NCBI GenBank assembly: GCA_048128725.1
Contig: CM107423.1
Location: 14,431,833-14,495,832, forward strand
Length of the DNA: 64,000 nucleotides
Direction: 5' to 3'
Origin: Symphorus nematophorus
Taxonomy: Eukaryota
Below are positions 62,871 through 64,000 of this stretch, in pieces. The notes below the pieces were generated by a model, which was given only the letters and a program-made list of their open reading frames with translations, made no database searches and had not been told where the DNA came from. Each line of letters starts with the position of its first letter. Within the stretch, counting starts at the first letter, position 1. Position numbers and translations under genes: made by a program.

Positions 62871-64000
62871 TGAAAATGTCTGTCTTTTGTTGGAGAAGAG
62901 AAAAAAAAAGAATAAAATGTCAATCATGCATGCTTACCCAAATAAAATATAAGTATAATGTCCTGCAATATCTTCTTCTCATACTCCAGTTGCTCAATCT
63001 CTAGTTTGAGCTTTTTAATCTCTAACTGTTTTTTTATGTTGTCCAGCTCCAGGTTCAGTCTATAGAGGGCCCTCACGTTGTCTGCTCACACCTGTATAAA
63101 TAGTATTACTTGATAGCACATTTAGGTGTTCTTCAAACAAACAGAGATGATTGGGATAGACTCATCAGTCATTTTAGTGTTGCAGTGTTCGTGATTTGCG
63201 TTGCGTGGTGCTTTCTTGGTAAGGCTCACTTAAAAAGATGGACATAGGATAAAAACAATTGTTGAAAGCCTATAAGAGGAGGCCACAGGCTGAGTGGAGG
63301 GATTTTCCTCTCCCTGTGAAACAAATCAACATGCAACTTCGCCATATGATAAAGATTAAAAAAATACCCCCAAAGCCATCTCTGAGTACACAGTGTCACT
63401 TCATCATTGATCTCCTCCTGAAGATTAACTTAAAGGACCTGTTTGTAGGATATAGTGGCATCTAGCAATGACCTTGCAGATTGCAAACACCTCATCTCGT
63501 GAAGGAGAACCTACAATGACTGTGAAACTTGCGCAAAACATAAAAGGCCCAGTCTAGCACCCAAATGACCAGCAGCTGCCCTGCAAATGGTACCACTTTA
63601 GTAGAGCTCAAGGGAATTATTTATGACACATTTATAAAGCATTTGACAGTGTTACAACACTTAATGACATCTTTATGACAAGTTCAAAATGTTACACTGT
63701 AGTTGAGATTAAAGAAAATATTCATGACACACTTATCGCCTTATGAGAGCCAGTGTCAAAACCAGACATATATAACAGTTTAATGAAATGTTAAAACATA
63801 AAGCAAAAGTGTTTATTAAAGTTATATAATGTCAAGTTGTCATGACAAAGACATCTCAAACAATGTCAACTTTGCATTAAAAACAACATAATTGACCTGA
63901 TGAATATAAAGTAATAAAAAGGATATATGAGCAAATTTTTGACAAAGTATTTGTATTGTAATGCTCCATGTTGGCAGATGATCACTGTAACCAAGCTCAC

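Noticed and set aside
1-64000. A prokaryotic-style novel system (operon, defence island, CRISPR array) as hinted by the task framing.
   Set aside because: The sequence is vertebrate in character: microsatellites, SINE/LINE/hAT remnants, splice-site-like signals, and no dense co-oriented ORFs. The only tandem repeats are micro- and minisatellites, with no repeat-spacer architecture. Nothing supports a CRISPR or any multi-gene system.

Overview
This window is eukaryotic, most likely a teleost fish nuclear genome, not a prokaryotic locus. Evidence: GT/CA, CTTT and GAAA microsatellites; tRNA-derived SINEs; and a LINE reverse transcriptase with the YADDTQIY motif and the RAFS..AP.LWN.LP C-terminal tail common in fish L2/CR1-like LINEs. 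The 64 kb is gene-poor and dominated by transposable-element debris. There is one fairly complete but frameshifted LINE at 57.6-60.6 kb, a second RT fragment on the minus strand at about 46.3-46.85 kb, and two 5'-truncated LINE 3' ends at 40.4-41.06 kb and 44.3-44.8 kb. A decayed hAT transposase lies at about 2.9-4.8 kb. Two tRNA-derived SINEs of one family sit at 12.07 kb and 62.71 kb. An unclassified ~0.5 kb SINE-like family with a tRNA-like B-box segment ('family C') has 4 copies plus a possible short fragment. An unclassified ~1 kb non-coding dispersed repeat ('family A') has 4 copies or fragments. A 450-bp MITE has perfect 41-bp TIRs. A ~960-bp TIR element flanked by TTAA is nested inside a family C copy. 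Several simple-sequence tracts are present. I found no confident host protein-coding exon. The only candidates are a short 2-hydroxyacid-dehydrogenase-like (GRHPR/PHGDH-like) fragment at about 38.63-38.96 kb on the minus strand and a 20-codon ATG...CAG|gtaaga candidate first exon at 20.14 kb. Both are low confidence. I saw no CRISPR array, operon or defence-system-like arrangement. Most ORFs in the supplied track are translation artefacts of repeats or random, and the track uses TTG/GTG starts. The most notable observations are the nested TE insertion with an internal 'empty-site' control, the density of family C copies, and the hairpin, palindrome and MITE structures. All coordinates come from reading the sequence by eye and are approximate to about ±10 bp.
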